From Kofleriaceae bacterium (GTDB taxonomy: Bacteria; Myxococcota_A; Polyangia; Haliangiales; Haliangiaceae): a stretch of 64,000 nt of DNA. Below are positions 20,886-29,397 of this stretch, piece by piece (position 1 is the stretch's first letter; each line of letters begins with the position of its first letter). Under the pieces are notes generated by a model that saw nothing but the letters and a program-made list of their open reading frames with translations, did not search any database and was not told the origin of the DNA. A program made the translations under genes and the position numbers. Location: positions 1 through 64,000 of the forward strand of contig JBKJLC010000202.1 of NCBI GenBank assembly GCA_046597055.1, given 5' to 3'.

Positions 20886-21065
20886 CTACCGGGTCAGCGT
20901 CGCCGCGTCCATCCCGGCGTCCGATGGCAGGCCGCCGTCGCACGCGACCAGCGAGCAGCGCCAGTCTCCGTCGCTGATGCACGAGCAACTGTTGCAGCCA
21001 TCGCCGGCGGACCAGACGTCGCCGACCGCATGGTGCTCGTCCTGGTAGGTGCACCCCGCCGCCGG
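20886..21065 (-). pseudogene. Remnant of a pacifastin/VWC-like Cys-rich domain gene
   Basis: GCTYQDEHHAVGDVWSAGDGCNSCSC...WRCSLVAC. The upstream in-frame sequence looks non-coding and has no signal peptide. Confidence 0.5.
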
Positions 21066-21253
21066 ACGTCGCACGAGCGATACCTCGTGAGCCCGAGTGG
21101 GTGGTTCTGAGCGCTTCGCTCCAGTTTCCGGCGAGGGTCGTGCGCCTCGGCAACGGGGCAACAGGTAGGAGTCATCCCACCAGACAGTCTCAATTTTAGT
21201 CCGATACCCCAGAGCGTACCGGAGAACACGCAAAAATCAGGATAAGTAATCCC

Positions 21254-24200
21254 ATGAGCATGCGTGGGAGCAGCAGCGTGGTCGCGTGGCTGGTCGCGGC
21301 CGTGATGCTCCACACGCACGGGACCGCCCACGCAGCCAACGATTTCGCGACGTGTGATCCGGCCGGGCCGTTACCGGTCTGCGACACGCGCAGCGGCATC
21401 GGCAGCTGCTGTCGGCGCCAGTTTTCCGCCGGCTCGGTCATCATCCCGATGGACCGATGTCATCAGCTCGGCTCGGCCCCAGGTAATACCGTCAACAACT
21501 GGTGCGTGAACCCGTCGTCCGGGAACGGCGACCACATCTACGGCCTGGTCTACCGGCTCATGCAGCAGGGGATCCCGGTCTACTGGGTCATCAACCCGAG
21601 CAAGCTGCCGACCGACAACGTCACCGCCAACAAGACCGACATCGACTTCTGGGCGATCGGGGCCGGGTGCACGGTCGACCCGCGGACCCTGAACGCGGCG
21701 ATGCCGGCGGCCAATGGCACCACGTGCAAGGCGCCGGTGCTGAAGCTCAACACCGCCACCAGCCCGTCGACGCTCTCGACGATCGCGGGCTCCTACACCG
21801 GCGCGGCCATCCCGTTCCGCAGCGGCGCCTTTGTGATCGACTACAACGACCGGGCTCGCTTCAACCAGTACTGGGCGCGGCAGGGCCCCTTCGCCGCGCT
21901 GACCTCACCCGCGCATGACTTCCGCGGCGTCAACATGTACGAGCTGCAGGCCAACGCCGCGCTGGCCTTCCAGGACTATCGGACGGCCGCGCCCTACGCC
22001 TACTACGTAGGGGGCTCGACCACCGCGCCGGTGGCGTCGACCATCGACCAGGCGCCGCCGAAGCTCGCGACCGTTTTCAGCTCGCAAGCCAAGCAATGGC
22101 TCGCCAAGGCCAACCTGGACTACCCCGCGGGCAGCTGCTCGAGCGCGGCCTGGAACGTCAACGACGTCTACTGCGACATCTCGGAAGCGCAGATCCAGCG
22201 CGGCCTCCTGATCAGCAAGAGCTTCACCTCCCTGTGGGCCGATGTCAGCGTCTCGTGCGCCACCGCGACCAAGATCGGCGACTGGCTGCAGGCGGTGCCA
22301 AACGTCCGCACCGCTGGCACCGCGGCCGTGATCGGGGCGTCCACCGTCGAGGCCTGGGAGGGATGCAACCTGTCATGGCGTTCGTCGCAGGCTGGGCTGA
22401 CCCGCGCCAACGGGCCGACCACCCAGTACGTCATCCCGAACCCGCAGAGCCTGTTCGTGCAGTTCGGCGACGTCCAGGCCAGCTTCCAGCCGGGGCAAGG
22501 CGCCAAGTGGTCGATCAACACCGGTTACAAGCCGGCGATCACGTCGCTCAACCGGGTGATCGTCGAGGACGTGGCCAGCCCGGTCTGCGACAACCCCCGC
22601 TACTCGACGCGCAAAGCCGGCTGCTTCAGCGGCGGCGACAATGTCGACAACGTCTCGTACTATCGCCGACCGAACGCCAACGGCACCCAGAGCACCATCA
22701 ACGGCGTGGTGTTCTACTTCGGCGGTCAGAACCCGAAGACCCAGCCGCCGCACTGGCGCATGCTGATGAACGCCTTCATCGGGCTACCCGGCAGCTCGGT
22801 CCCACAGCTGGCGCCGCCTCCGGTGGAGGTGGCGCGCGCGGCCCCGATCGCGCTCCAGCTGGGCAACCAACTGCATCAGCTGCAGGGCAGCCAGATGGTC
22901 TACACCACCGCAGTCACGCCGCCGACCTTCACCAGCGGGACCGCCGCCAGCTTCGTGTTCCCACACTTCTGGGGCCACTTCCGGGCCATCCCGATCACCT
23001 CGCGGACGGGCGCCTCGGCGTTCACCACCGCGACCTGGGACGCCAACGCTTGGCTGGAGGCAGCCCAGGGCGCCGACCGCGTCATCTTCACCAACACCAC
23101 CACCGGCCTGGCTCCGACCCGGCTCGACTTCACGGCAGCCAACGCCAGTACCCTCAAGGCCAGCCTCGGGTTCGCCGCCACCGCCGACGCCAGCGGGCTG
23201 ATCTCCCTCGTCCGGGCTGGCAGCAACGGCCGCCCGCGGCTCGGTGCCGTCGATCGCTCGGCGGCGGCGGTGGTCGGCCCGAGCCCCACAGCGGGCCTCG
23301 CGACCCGCCCGCAGGTCGCCTTCTTCGGCGCACTCGACGGCATGCTGCACGCGGTTTGTGTCGAGTCGGCCAATGGCTGCACGGCCGGCCGCGAGCTGTG
23401 GGCGTTCCTGCCGCGCACGCAGCTGCCGACGCTCAGCACCAACACCAGTCGCATCGACGGTTCGCCTGCGGTCGCCGACGTGTTCGACGACATCGAGGGC
23501 GACGGCACCAAGGAGTGGCGCACCATCCTGGTGTTCCAGACCGGCAGTGGCACCGCGGGCAGCACGACCACGCCGCCGGCCGCTTACGCCTTGGACGTCA
23601 CCGATCCGACCGTGCCGCCGAAGCTGCTGTGGGAGCGCGTGCTGCCCGGCGTCGGCTTGAGCGTCACCATGGGGTCGGTGCGCGTGGGCGCCACGCGCCG
23701 GCACCTCACCTTCCTCGCCACCAACAAGGGCAGCACCGCGGGCATACAGGTGATCGCGGTCAACACCACGACCGGCAACCGATCGACGGGCTCCGACTAC
23801 CACTGGATGTTCGATCGCACCTACACGATGAACGGCATGCCCGCGACCGGCAGCCCAGGCGGCGTCGCCGGCATCGACGCCACCGGCGAGGGCCTGCTCA
23901 CGGACCTCCTGGTCCCAACACTGGAGGGCAAGCTGTACCGGCTCGATGCGAGCTCCGGCCAGACCCCGGTCGGCGTGGTCTCGCCGATCCTCGCGTTCGA
24001 GGGCGTCAACCATCCGATCGGCAGCGCGCCCACGGTCTGGAAGGACCCCGCGGGCAAGCTGCACACCGCGGTGGTCAGTGGCGGCTACATCGACAACGTC
24101 GCGTTCACGAGCGCCTGGGTGCCACTGGGCCAGAAGGCGCACTACGTCGTCAGCGTGCCGATCGAGGGGAAGACCACACTCACGATCGCCGACGACGGCA

Positions 24201-24580
24201 CGGTGAGCGGCGGCCCCGCCGACTTCGTACGCTCCTACGGGAACTCCAGCCGAGCGGTCGGCCAGGCGGTGGTCTCCGGCGAGGACCTCTACTTCCTGAC
24301 CGACAGCGACGCCTACCCCAACGCGCGGACCTACGGGCTCGCCGGCGATACCGGCGCGATGTTCCGCGTCGGGTTGGTCAACCCCCCGGTGTCCCTCACG
24401 TCCACCGCGGTGGCCGGCGGCGGCGGCCTCGATGTCGTGAACGGACAGGTGCTGGTTGGCGCTGGCCGAGAGGGCGCGCGCAGCATCGACCATACCGGCG
24501 ACTACACGGCGACGGAGGGCACGGAGCCCGCGGCCATCGAGAACCTGCGCCGCATCATGTGGATGACCAGCAACGAATAG
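21254..24580 (+). CDS. PilY1/PilC-like type IV pilus adhesin (C-terminal beta-propeller)
   Basis: Signal peptide (AHA-AN). FFGALDGMLHA...ELWAFLP...IDGSPAVADV...WRTILV...YALDVTDP..KLLWE are PilY1 motifs. Confidence 0.85.
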   Translation: MSMRGSSSVVAWLVAAVMLHTHGTAHAANDFATCDPAGPLPVCDTRSGIGSCCRRQFSAGSVIIPMDRCHQLGSAPGNTVNNWCVNPSSGNGDHIYGLVYRLMQQGIPVYWVINPSKLPTDNVTANKTDIDFWAIGAGCTVDPRTLNAAMPAANGTTCKAPVLKLNTATSPSTLSTIAGSYTGAAIPFRSGAFVIDYNDRARFNQYWARQGPFAALTSPAHDFRGVNMYELQANAALAFQDYRTAAPYAYYVGGSTTAPVASTIDQAPPKLATVFSSQAKQWLAKANLDYPAGSCSSAAWNVNDVYCDISEAQIQRGLLISKSFTSLWADVSVSCATATKIGDWLQAVPNVRTAGTAAVIGASTVEAWEGCNLSWRSSQAGLTRANGPTTQYVIPNPQSLFVQFGDVQASFQPGQGAKWSINTGYKPAITSLNRVIVEDVASPVCDNPRYSTRKAGCFSGGDNVDNVSYYRRPNANGTQSTINGVVFYFGGQNPKTQPPHWRMLMNAFIGLPGSSVPQLAPPPVEVARAAPIALQLGNQLHQLQGSQMVYTTAVTPPTFTSGTAASFVFPHFWGHFRAIPITSRTGASAFTTATWDANAWLEAAQGADRVIFTNTTTGLAPTRLDFTAANASTLKASLGFAATADASGLISLVRAGSNGRPRLGAVDRSAAAVVGPSPTAGLATRPQVAFFGALDGMLHAVCVESANGCTAGRELWAFLPRTQLPTLSTNTSRIDGSPAVADVFDDIEGDGTKEWRTILVFQTGSGTAGSTTTPPAAYALDVTDPTVPPKLLWERVLPGVGLSVTMGSVRVGATRRHLTFLATNKGSTAGIQVIAVNTTTGNRSTGSDYHWMFDRTYTMNGMPATGSPGGVAGIDATGEGLLTDLLVPTLEGKLYRLDASSGQTPVGVVSPILAFEGVNHPIGSAPTVWKDPAGKLHTAVVSGGYIDNVAFTSAWVPLGQKAHYVVSVPIEGKTTLTIADDGTVSGGPADFVRSYGNSSRAVGQAVVSGEDLYFLTDSDAYPNARTYGLAGDTGAMFRVGLVNPPVSLTSTAVAGGGGLDVVNGQVLVGAGREGARSIDHTGDYTATEGTEPAAIENLRRIMWMTSNE

Positions 24581-24892
24581 GGGGGCGCGTATCGAACTTG
24601 GGTGTGGCGACGCGCAAGCTTCGCCTCGTCGGCCTGACGCTGGTAGTGCGTGGACGCTGGGAGGTGGAGACCAGCCCCACTCGACCGGCGCCATGACGTG
24701 TCCGTGGTCGACCGAGCATCGAACCCCGGCTTCGTGCTGACCCGAAACGCGGGGATTGGCTTGACCACCGCCCGGACCGGCGTCGCATGGTGGTGCGATG
24801 TCGGTGCGATGTGGCGATGACAGGGCATGCAAGGGCGTTCTCGGCGCCCGCTCGCGACCGGCATCGAGTAGCCTCGATCAGACAGACGCGCG

Positions 24893-24930
24893 TCGCCCAT
24901 CCGCCTCGCCCATCCGCCTCGCCCATCCGC
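24893..24930 (+). repeat. 13-bp tandem repeat TCGCCCATCCGCC x~3
   Basis: Copies start at 24893, 24906 and 24919 (last copy 12/13), ending at the ATG of the GNAT gene. Confidence 0.85.
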
Positions 24931-25461
24931 ATGATGCAGCAGAACTCCCCGTCGCCCCTCCCGCCACCGGCCCCGGTGACCACCCGCGAGCGCGCGGTCG
25001 TCCGCATCGCAACCGCCGCCGATGCCGAGCAGATCTGCGTGGTCTACCGCCGGTCGGTGCGCGAGCGCGCGCGGGGTGCCTACACGCCCGAGCAGCTCGC
25101 CGGCTGGGGCGCCGGTCGCTGCGCCGCCGACTACCGCGCTGCGATGGCGCGCGGCGAGACGCTGTTCGTGGCCGAGATCGACGGCATCGTGGTCGGGTTC
25201 GCGTCGCTGGTCCGCCGCGAGGTCCAGGCGGTGTACGTGATCCCGGAGGGTCGGGGCCAGGGCACCGGCCTCCTGGCCGCGGTCGAGGTCGAGGCGCGGC
25301 GCCGCGGCCTCACCGCGCTCGACGTGCACGCCTCGCTCAACGCCGCCGGGTTCTACCGCCGGCATGGCTACGACGGCGACGATCAGGTCGAGATCACGCT
25401 GCCCGGCGGGACTCGCATCGAGTCGATCGTCATGCACAAGCCGCTGCACGACGAGCCCTGA
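24931..25461 (+). CDS. GNAT family acetyltransferase
   Basis: LFVAEIDGIVVGFA, VYVIPEGRGQGTG, HASLNAAGFYRRHGY. Start uncertain. Confidence 0.85.
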   Translation: MMQQNSPSPLPPPAPVTTRERAVVRIATAADAEQICVVYRRSVRERARGAYTPEQLAGWGAGRCAADYRAAMARGETLFVAEIDGIVVGFASLVRREVQAVYVIPEGRGQGTGLLAAVEVEARRRGLTALDVHASLNAAGFYRRHGYDGDDQVEITLPGGTRIESIVMHKPLHDEP

Positions 25462-25566
25462 CCGCGGGCGCCCGTGGCGCCGCGCGCCGTTGCCGCGTCC
25501 GCCGGGCCGAAACGCAAACCGCCCGCCAGTGGTGGCGGGCGGAAGGCCGGGCGCGTCGGCCGTGGG

Positions 25567-26931
25567 TCACTCGGGGGTGCAGGTGGCGCTGCAGCCGTCG
25601 TTGCCGACCGCGTTGCCATCGTCACACTGCTCGCCGAGGTGGGTGCGGAGCGAGGCGGTGACGTCCTCGGACGAGCCGGCCAGGCACAGGTTGGTGGTGC
25701 TCACGCTCGGGTCGCTGCCGCCGGCATCGAACAGGGTCAGCACCTGCTTGGTGGCGGTGGGGTCGGCGATCTCGACGGTGGCCCAGGCGAGCAGGGTGCG
25801 GCCCGGGGCCGAGATCTCGAGGTCGACGCTGCCGGCGAGGAGCTCGAGCACCGACGGCTCGGACAGGGTCACCTGGCGAACCTGCGGATTGCAGGTGCAG
25901 CCGACGCCGCTCGCCGCGGTGCGCACGACCTCGACGCCGCCGATCGAGAAGGCGATCTGGTTGGGGCCGTCGCAGGCGGTCGCCAGCCAGGTCAGCGTGA
26001 TGGACTGGGCGCCGACGGCGGGGTTGACCTCGCCGTCGCCGCACTCGACGACCGGCGCGATGTCGACGGTGGCCCAGCCAACGTCGACCGCCAGGCCGTC
26101 CGTGGCCAGGTACTCGAAGCCGGCCACGCCGTGGTGGTTCGGGGTCGGCGTGAAGATGACCTGGGTATCGACCAGCGCGACCGTGCCGCCGATCGCGCGG
26201 CCGGTGTCCAGCACCCACAGGGTCTGGCCGTCGGCGTCGCGATCGTTGGCGACCAGGGTGGTGCCGTCGACCGCCAGCGCCTGGTCCTCGACCGCATCGA
26301 CGTGGTCGGCCTCGGCGACCGGGACGTCGTTGACGCCGCCGACCGAGATCTGGACGCGGGCCGCGGCCGTCAGCTCACCGTCGGACACCAGGTAGGTGAA
26401 GCCCGCCTTGCCGGTGTAGTTCACCGCGGGCGCGAAGACCATCGCGCCATCGGTCATGACCACGGTGCCGCCGACCGCGCCGCCCACGCCGACCATGGAG
26501 AGCAAGCCGCGCTCGGGGTCGCGATCGTTGCGCAGCAGGGTCGCCATGGCGATCTCGACCGCGACGTCCTCCTGGGTCGCGACGTGGTCGGGGGCGGCGG
26601 TGGGCGCATCGTTGCGGCCGATCACGGCGACCTCGATGTAGGCGACCGTCTCCCGCGACCGTGACGTGACGTGCGCGACCACGAGGTCGGAGCCGTCGAA
26701 GTCGGTGTCGGGCACGTAGTTGTAGCGACCACCACTCGCGATCACCGTGCCGTTGGCCGGATCGTCGATCGTGATCGTCACCTCGTCGCCGTCCGGATCG
26801 GTGGCCACCACGTCGAACGCCGTCGCGGTGTCCTCGGCGACGACCAGCCGCTGGGCGGTGATCTCGGGCGGGCGATCCGTGGCGGTGGAACAGGCAGCCG
26901 CGAACAGGAACGCTGGGACGATGCGACGCAT
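25567..26931 (-). CDS. Lipoprotein with three cadherin-like Ig repeats and a split Myxococcus Cys-rich repeat
   Basis: AGGAG RBS, FAAAC lipobox, EDT..DPDGD / LLRNDRDPE / LVANDRDAD repeats, CGDG...GEQCDDGNAVGNDGCSATC. Confidence 0.88.
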   Translation of the reverse strand: MRRIVPAFLFAAACSTATDRPPEITAQRLVVAEDTATAFDVVATDPDGDEVTITIDDPANGTVIASGGRYNYVPDTDFDGSDLVVAHVTSRSRETVAYIEVAVIGRNDAPTAAPDHVATQEDVAVEIAMATLLRNDRDPERGLLSMVGVGGAVGGTVVMTDGAMVFAPAVNYTGKAGFTYLVSDGELTAAARVQISVGGVNDVPVAEADHVDAVEDQALAVDGTTLVANDRDADGQTLWVLDTGRAIGGTVALVDTQVIFTPTPNHHGVAGFEYLATDGLAVDVGWATVDIAPVVECGDGEVNPAVGAQSITLTWLATACDGPNQIAFSIGGVEVVRTAASGVGCTCNPQVRQVTLSEPSVLELLAGSVDLEISAPGRTLLAWATVEIADPTATKQVLTLFDAGGSDPSVSTTNLCLAGSSEDVTASLRTHLGEQCDDGNAVGNDGCSATCTPE

Positions 26932-27030
26932 GACTCCTGACTCGGCCGGTGCGGAAGGGAGTTGAGAGGACGCGACGTTTTTCCGGTACGCGCGCATACA
27001 TCGCCACCCGACTGTCCTAGGTTCCCCCTC

Positions 27031-29271
27031 ATGGCGCACACGTGGCATTTCTTCCGGGCGGGTGGGGTCGACCAGGTCAGCATCCGCACCGGCGCGGACC
27101 TGATCGCGCTCCCCGAGCTCGACCAGAAGCTGTGGGTCGCGCTGGCGATGCCGGCGCGCGGCGTCGACATCGATCCGGCCACGCTCGATCTGCTCGACAG
27201 CGACCAGGACGGACGGGTCCGGGCGCCGGACATCCTGGCCGCGGTCGCCTGGATCGCGGCGACCTGGGTCGATCCCGCGGTGGTGCTCACCGGCGGTGTC
27301 ACGCTGCCGCTCGCGGCGATCAAGGCGCCCGCGGTGCTGGCCGCGGCGCGCCGGGTGCTGGCCGGCCTCGGCCAGGCCAGCGCCAGCTCGGTCGCGCTCG
27401 ACGATGTCGTGGCGGTGGTGAAGACGTTCGCCAGCACCCGGCTCAACGGCGATGGCGTGGTCCCCGCCGACAGCGCCGATGCGCCGGCCCTGAAGCAGAC
27501 CATCGAAGAGGCCATCGCCGGCGTGGGCTCGGTGGTCGACCGCAGCGGGAAGCTCGGCCTCGACCAGACGCTGGCCGACGGGTTCTTCACCGACGTCGAT
27601 CTGCGCGCGACCTGGCTGGCCGGCGGGGCTCCGGTCCGGTCGTTTGGTGAGCGCACCACCGCCGCGGCCGACGCGCTGGCCGCGGTCCGCGCCAAGCTCG
27701 ACGATTACTTCGCCCGCTGCCAGCTGGCCGCGTTCGATCCGCGCGCGGTGGCCGGGCTCAACGGCCAGGACGCCGACTTCGCCGCGCTCGGCGCCAAGAC
27801 CATCGGGCCCACCGACGACGACGTGGCCCGGCTCCCACTGGCGCGGATCGAGCCAGGCCGGTCGGCGCCCCTGCGGGGTCCGGTCAACCCGGCGTGGGCG
27901 GCGCGGCTGGCCACGTTCGCCGAGGCCTGCGTGACGCCGATCGTCGGCGCACGCGACGTGCTGACCAGCGAGGAGTACGCGACGATCGTCGCCCGGCTGG
28001 CGCCGTTCGACACCTGGCGCGGCGCGAAGCCGACCACCAAGGCCGATCACCTCGACGAGGCGCGGGTGGTGGCGCTCGCGGCCGGCTCCGAGCGGGTCGA
28101 GCTCGCCGCGCTGATCGCGGCCGACCACGCGCTCGAGCCCGAGTACGCGGCGATCGCGTCGGTGGAGAAGCTGCTGCGGCTGCAGCGCGACTTCGGCCGC
28201 ATCCTGCGCAACTTCGTCAACTTCTCGGACTTCTATACCAAGCGCGACGGCGCGTTCCAGGCCGGCGCGCTCTACCTCGACGGCCGCGCCTTCAAGCTGG
28301 TGGTGCCGGTCGCCGACGCCGCCAAGCACGCCTCCCTGGCCCCGATGTCGTCGGCGTACCTGGCGTACTGCGACCTGACCCGCGGCGCGGCGAAGCGGTC
28401 GATCGCGGTCGGCGTGACCAACGGCGACACCGACAACATCTTCGTCGGCCGCAACGGCGTGTTCTACGATCGCGCCGGCGACGACTGGGATGCCACGGTC
28501 GCCAGGATCGTCGCCAACCCGGTCAGCGTGCGCCAGGCATTCTGGACGCCCTACAAGAAGCTCGTGCGGATGATCGACGAGCAGGTCTCCAAGCGCGCCG
28601 CCGAGGCGGATGCCAAGTCGCAAGCCTCGGTCGGGTCCACCGCAACCAAGGTGGCCACCGTCGACCAGCCGGCGCCGGGCACCGTGATCCCGCCACCGGC
28701 GCCCGTCCCCGACGCGGCGGCCGCCGCCCCGCCGGCCAAGAAGGGGTTCGACATCGGCGTCATCGCGGTGATGAGCCTGGTGATCACGTCGATCGCCGGC
28801 CTGATCGTGGGCGTCGCGGTCGGGTTGGTCGGGATGGGCTGGTGGGCGCCGTTCGGCGTCATCGGGCTCGTCCTCGCGATCAGCGGCCCCGCCATGCTGC
28901 TGGCGTGGATGAAGCTGCGCCAGCGCAACCTGGGGCCGCTCCTCGACGCCAACGGGTGGGCGGTGAATTCGCGGGCGCGGGTCAACGTCAAGTTCGGCGC
29001 CGCGCTCACGCACCTGGCCGTGCTGCCCAAGGGCTCGACCCGCTCGCTCGAGGATCCGTTCGCCGACAAGCGCCGACCGTGGAAGCTCTACGCGGTCCTC
29101 GTCGTGCTGCTGGTCCTGGCGGCCAGCTGGTACGTCGGCAAGCTCGATCGCTGGCTCCCGCCGGCGGCGAAGAGCACCAGCGTGCTCGGTGACAACGCGC
29201 CCGCGAAGGCGAAGGCCGAGCGCGCGACGACCATCACGGTCGATCCGGCGGCCGCGCCCGCGAAACCCTGA
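27031..29271 (+). CDS. Conserved hypothetical membrane protein with EF-hand-like loop
   Basis: 746-aa ORF with strong codon bias, DSDQDGRVRAPD loop, helical middle and three C-terminal TM segments. Confidence 0.85.
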   Translation: MAHTWHFFRAGGVDQVSIRTGADLIALPELDQKLWVALAMPARGVDIDPATLDLLDSDQDGRVRAPDILAAVAWIAATWVDPAVVLTGGVTLPLAAIKAPAVLAAARRVLAGLGQASASSVALDDVVAVVKTFASTRLNGDGVVPADSADAPALKQTIEEAIAGVGSVVDRSGKLGLDQTLADGFFTDVDLRATWLAGGAPVRSFGERTTAAADALAAVRAKLDDYFARCQLAAFDPRAVAGLNGQDADFAALGAKTIGPTDDDVARLPLARIEPGRSAPLRGPVNPAWAARLATFAEACVTPIVGARDVLTSEEYATIVARLAPFDTWRGAKPTTKADHLDEARVVALAAGSERVELAALIAADHALEPEYAAIASVEKLLRLQRDFGRILRNFVNFSDFYTKRDGAFQAGALYLDGRAFKLVVPVADAAKHASLAPMSSAYLAYCDLTRGAAKRSIAVGVTNGDTDNIFVGRNGVFYDRAGDDWDATVARIVANPVSVRQAFWTPYKKLVRMIDEQVSKRAAEADAKSQASVGSTATKVATVDQPAPGTVIPPPAPVPDAAAAAPPAKKGFDIGVIAVMSLVITSIAGLIVGVAVGLVGMGWWAPFGVIGLVLAISGPAMLLAWMKLRQRNLGPLLDANGWAVNSRARVNVKFGAALTHLAVLPKGSTRSLEDPFADKRRPWKLYAVLVVLLVLAASWYVGKLDRWLPPAAKSTSVLGDNAPAKAKAERATTITVDPAAAPAKP

Positions 29272-29397
29272 CCGCACGTCACCTCGGGGTTTCGCCGGGT
29301 CCGTGCGCTTGACCACGCCCGGGGTGCGCGCGACCGTGCCGATGGCGCCCCGGGTAGAGCGATGGATGGCGGCGCGCGTTGCAGGCCTCAGGAGCTA

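Noticed and set aside
24581..24890. Unexplained intergenic stretch with GGTGCGATGT-like short repeats, possible ncRNA or CRISPR remnant
   Set aside because: No tRNA, tmRNA or riboswitch consensus recognised, no repeat-spacer periodicity and no cas genes.
29260..29295. Inverted repeat GCGAAACCC...GGGTTTCGC as a terminator
   Set aside because: 18-nt loop, overlaps the stop codon and has no U-tract. Too weak to call.
26932..29316. 1249-aa version of the Ig-repeat protein
   Set aside because: The upstream part is antisense to the 27031-29271 gene. The RBS and lipobox place the start at 26931.
29366..29384. Possible sigma-54 promoter before A2M (TGGCGGCGCGCGTTGCA)
   Set aside because: GG-to-GC spacing is 11 rather than the required 10.
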